64,000 bases of DNA. Origin: an uncultured Actinomycetes bacterium (GTDB taxonomy: Bacteria > Actinomycetota > Acidimicrobiia > IMCC26256 > JBBRZM01). Within the stretch, counting starts at the first letter, position 1, and each line of letters starts with the position of its first letter. The position numbers and the translations under genes are program-made. The notes under the pieces were generated by a model. It was given only the letters and a program-made list of their open reading frames with translations. It searched no databases and was not told where the DNA came from. Shown here piece after piece: positions 61,502-64,000 of the stretch. The stretch is taken from positions 70,193 to 134,192 of the forward strand of contig CAWEZO010000008.1 of assembly GCA_963813635.1 (NCBI GenBank), written 5' to 3'.

Positions 61502-62995
61502 TCAGGTACCACCTTCGGGAGCAACGTCGCGCGGTGGCTCGGGGCGGACGTCGGGTACGGGATCCGAAAGCGCCTCCGGCGCTTCTCCAACCGGACGTTG
61601 CGCACTTCGCAACAGGTGCCGCGACACGAGTCCGGCGGCGAGACAGATGAACCCACCGGTCCAGAGCGCGAAGCGAACACCGGGCAGCGCGTAGCTCAGG
61701 CCCAGGAACTCGACCGCACGGTGCGAGAACAAGTGATCGGACATCCAGTCGTACAGATCAGCCAGGAGTGGCGACACGGTCAGCGACACCAACAGGCACA
61801 GTCGGATCACCGAGTAGAGCGTGGCAAACGTACGCCCACGCATCTCGTCCTCAACGGATTCCTGTAACACGGTGAAGCCGGTGACATACGTGGCGCCGGC
61901 ACACGCGCCGGTGGCACCGATGAAGAATGCCGCGGGCGCGAGATTCGAGAAGCACACCGCGATGATGAGAAAGAGTCCTGTTCCCATCACACCGAAGGTG
62001 AACACCGTCTCTCGGGGAAGGCGCTTCTGCACCCACAACAAGGTCACGACGCCGCTCGCGGCGCCGAAACCGAGCGCGGTCATCAACACTCCGAACGCCG
62101 CGCCGGCATTCAACGGGTCCAACACTTCGCTCGCGAACGCCGGCCCGAGCGGGATCATCGCCCCGCCGCCGATGAGGCCGGCGCCCAGCCCGATGATGAT
62201 CGCGCGAACCAGGCTGTGCGACGAGATGAACTTGAAGCCTTCACGAATGTCGCGGAACGTCTCCGTCCAGTCAACGCGCTTCTTCCCCGCCTTCCGTTCG
62301 GGGCGTGGGATCGGCAACGTCCAAACGATTGCGGCTGACGTCAGGAAGGTCAACACGTCGACCCAGAGCGCCAGCACTTCCCGGTCGACCGCCAGGTTCG
62401 AAAGCGCATCGATGCGCCCGAGCCACACCGCAAGCAGCGACAGGAAGGAGAACACGACCGAGGCGATCGGGAACGTGCCGTACGCGGCGACGAGCCCGAG
62501 CGAGTTGGCCGACGCGAGCTGGTCGGGCTCGACGAGGTTGGGAACCGTCGCGTCTTTCGCCGGGCTCCACAGCAACGTGAGGATCTCGATCAGGAACGAG
62601 AACACCACGAGCCCGGCCAGCGTGTCGACGAAGGGAAGGAGCGCGAGTAGGGAGGCGCGGCCGATGTCGCACAGCACCATGACTTTGCGGCGGTCGAATC
62701 GATCGACGATCACGCCGCCCACCGTGGCCAGGAAGAACCCGGGCACGACTCGAGCCACCATGACCAGGCTCACGGCAGCGCCCGAGTTGTCGGAAACGCG
62801 TGCCGCGATCGCGAGGATCGCGATGAGCCCAATCCAGTCGCCCATGCTCGACGTGACCTGGGCGAGCCAGAGCTTGAAGAACGACTTCGTGCCGAACACG
62901 CGCCACGGCGCGTTGGGCATCGGCACCTCGTCGGCATGCGCCGGGATAAACGGCGCGTGCGGCGGTCGGTTGGCAGCGCCGGCGTCGTCGGCCAT
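61502..62995 (-). CDS. MFS transporter (DUF894/EntS-like)
   Basis: A 497-aa ORF with about 12 TM segments and the motif VIVDRFDRRKVM. Confidence 0.85.
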   Translation of the reverse strand: MADDAGAANRPPHAPFIPAHADEVPMPNAPWRVFGTKSFFKLWLAQVTSSMGDWIGLIAILAIAARVSDNSGAAVSLVMVARVVPGFFLATVGGVIVDRFDRRKVMVLCDIGRASLLALLPFVDTLAGLVVFSFLIEILTLLWSPAKDATVPNLVEPDQLASANSLGLVAAYGTFPIASVVFSFLSLLAVWLGRIDALSNLAVDREVLALWVDVLTFLTSAAIVWTLPIPRPERKAGKKRVDWTETFRDIREGFKFISSHSLVRAIIIGLGAGLIGGGAMIPLGPAFASEVLDPLNAGAAFGVLMTALGFGAASGVVTLLWVQKRLPRETVFTFGVMGTGLFLIIAVCFSNLAPAAFFIGATGACAGATYVTGFTVLQESVEDEMRGRTFATLYSVIRLCLLVSLTVSPLLADLYDWMSDHLFSHRAVEFLGLSYALPGVRFALWTGGFICLAAGLVSRHLLRSAQRPVGEAPEALSDPVPDVRPEPPRDVAPEGGT

Positions 62996-63006
62996 CGCGG
63001 TCGAGC

Positions 63007-64000
63007 CTAGGTCTCGTCCTCCGACGGGTCAGGCGCTTCGGACGGCACCGGGTTGGAAGAACCGGCCGCGACCGCCTTTTTCGCGGTCGTTCGCTTCGCA
63101 GCTTTCTTCGCGCCGGTCTTCTTCGCTGCGGCCTTCTTGGCCGGCGGCTTCTTCTTCGGAGCCTTCTTCGCGGCCGGCTTCTTCTTCGCGGTCTTGCGCT
63201 TCTTCGCGGGTCCGCGCTCGGCGCGGGCCCGCAACAGCGCGACCGCCTCTTCCAACGTCACGCCTGCCGGATCCGTGCCCCGTGGAATCGTCGCGTTGTG
63301 CGTGCCGTCAGTGACGTACGGACCGAAGCGACCGTCGAGCACACGGATCGGCGCCGCTGAGTCGGGATGCGGACCAAGTTCCGCGATCGGCGGCTTCGCC
63401 GCCCTGCGACCACGTCGTTTCGGCAGGGCGAAGATCGCCTCGGCCTCGGGCATCGTGATCGTGAAGAGCTGCTCCTCGGTCTCCAGGCTGCGGCTGTCGG
63501 TTCCCTTCTTGAGATACGGCCCGTAGCGGCCGTTGAGCGCGGTGATTTCGTTGCCCTCGGCGTCGACGCCGACGATGCGCGGGAGCGAGAGCAGCTGGAG
63601 CGCGTCGTCGAGGGTCAACGAGTCGAGGGTCATCGTCTTGAGCAGCGATCCGGTCCTCGGCTTCTCACCGTTGTCGCCGTGCTCGCCGACAGAGACGTAC
63701 GGCCCGTAGCGGCCGTCGCGCGCGACGACTTCGAGACCCGTCGCCGGTTCGATGCCGAGCACCCGTCCGCCATCGGCCCCGCGCTCGAGGCGCTCGAGCG
63801 CATCGGCGATCGTCAGCTCGTCGGGGGCGAGATCCTCCGGTAGCGGCGCCGTGTCATCCCCGCGCTGGAGGTAGGGACCGTAACGACCGACGCGCACGGC
63901 GACGTCGTTGCCATCCGCGTCGACACCGAGCGGGATGGTGTTGACCTCGCGGGCGTCGATCGCCGTGAGGTGCTCATCGCTGACGAGCTCGAGCAGACCG
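63007..64000 (-). CDS. topA: DNA topoisomerase I, C-terminal part (5' end beyond the window)
   Basis: It has repeated GRYGPY / GRFGPYV C-terminal modules and a Lys/Ala-rich tail (KKRKTAKKKPAAKKAPKKKPPAKKAAAKK). The frame stays open to position 64000. Confidence 0.9.
   Translation of the reverse strand, partial: GLLELVSDEHLTAIDAREVNTIPLGVDADGNDVAVRVGRYGPYLQRGDDTAPLPEDLAPDELTIADALERLERGADGGRVLGIEPATGLEVVARDGRYGPYVSVGEHGDNGEKPRTGSLLKTMTLDSLTLDDALQLLSLPRIVGVDAEGNEITALNGRYGPYLKKGTDSRSLETEEQLFTITMPEAEAIFALPKRRGRRAAKPPIAELGPHPDSAAPIRVLDGRFGPYVTDGTHNATIPRGTDPAGVTLEEAVALLRARAERGPAKKRKTAKKKPAAKKAPKKKPPAKKAAAKKTGAKKAAKRTTAKKAVAAGSSNPVPSEAPDPSEDET

Overview
This is a GC-rich (roughly two-thirds G+C by eye) chromosomal core segment of an Actinomycetota-type genome. 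It is almost entirely housekeeping genes, mostly on the minus strand. Gene order matches the mycobacterial Rv3580c-Rv3646c neighbourhood: rlmB-cysS, ispF-ispD-carD, disA-radA, clpC, lysS-coaX-(nadC)-panD-panC, folK-folB-folP-folE-ftsH-hpt-tilS, sigH-rsrA, and holB-tmk-MFS-topA. Other content includes a standalone groEL behind two CIRCE operators, an MntR-like regulator next to a ZIP transporter, and a gpgS / glycerate kinase / treT-otsA / otsB compatible-solute cluster. There is also a 1167-aa PAS-GAF-GGDEF-EAL protein, two tRNA-Thr genes, and a less conserved 53-59.7 kb stretch of surface and membrane proteins ending at tRNA-Thr(CGU). I saw no rRNA, CRISPR array, transposase, integrase or phage genes. 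The observations most worth follow-up are: (1) a SAM-I-type riboswitch with no room for P4, placed in front of a zinc-ribbon ThrC-like gene and a GG-ended MoaD-like carrier, which suggests a MetM/MetO-type homocysteine route; (2) a phosphatase-fold protein lacking the catalytic Cys, translationally coupled inside the folate operon; (3) a family of ATAG-centred palindromic elements that bracket successive genes like cassettes at 54.3-57.6 kb; (4) a structured 131-bp tandem repeat and twin long-loop hairpins in convergent intergenic gaps; (5) a tandemly duplicated LPXTG-protein tail with conserved hairpins next to tRNA-Thr; (6) about 20 single-base frameshifts that all look like +1 insertions, several in essential genes, which argues for sequence error rather than biology. 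Coordinates of non-coding elements were read by eye and may be off by 1-2 nt.
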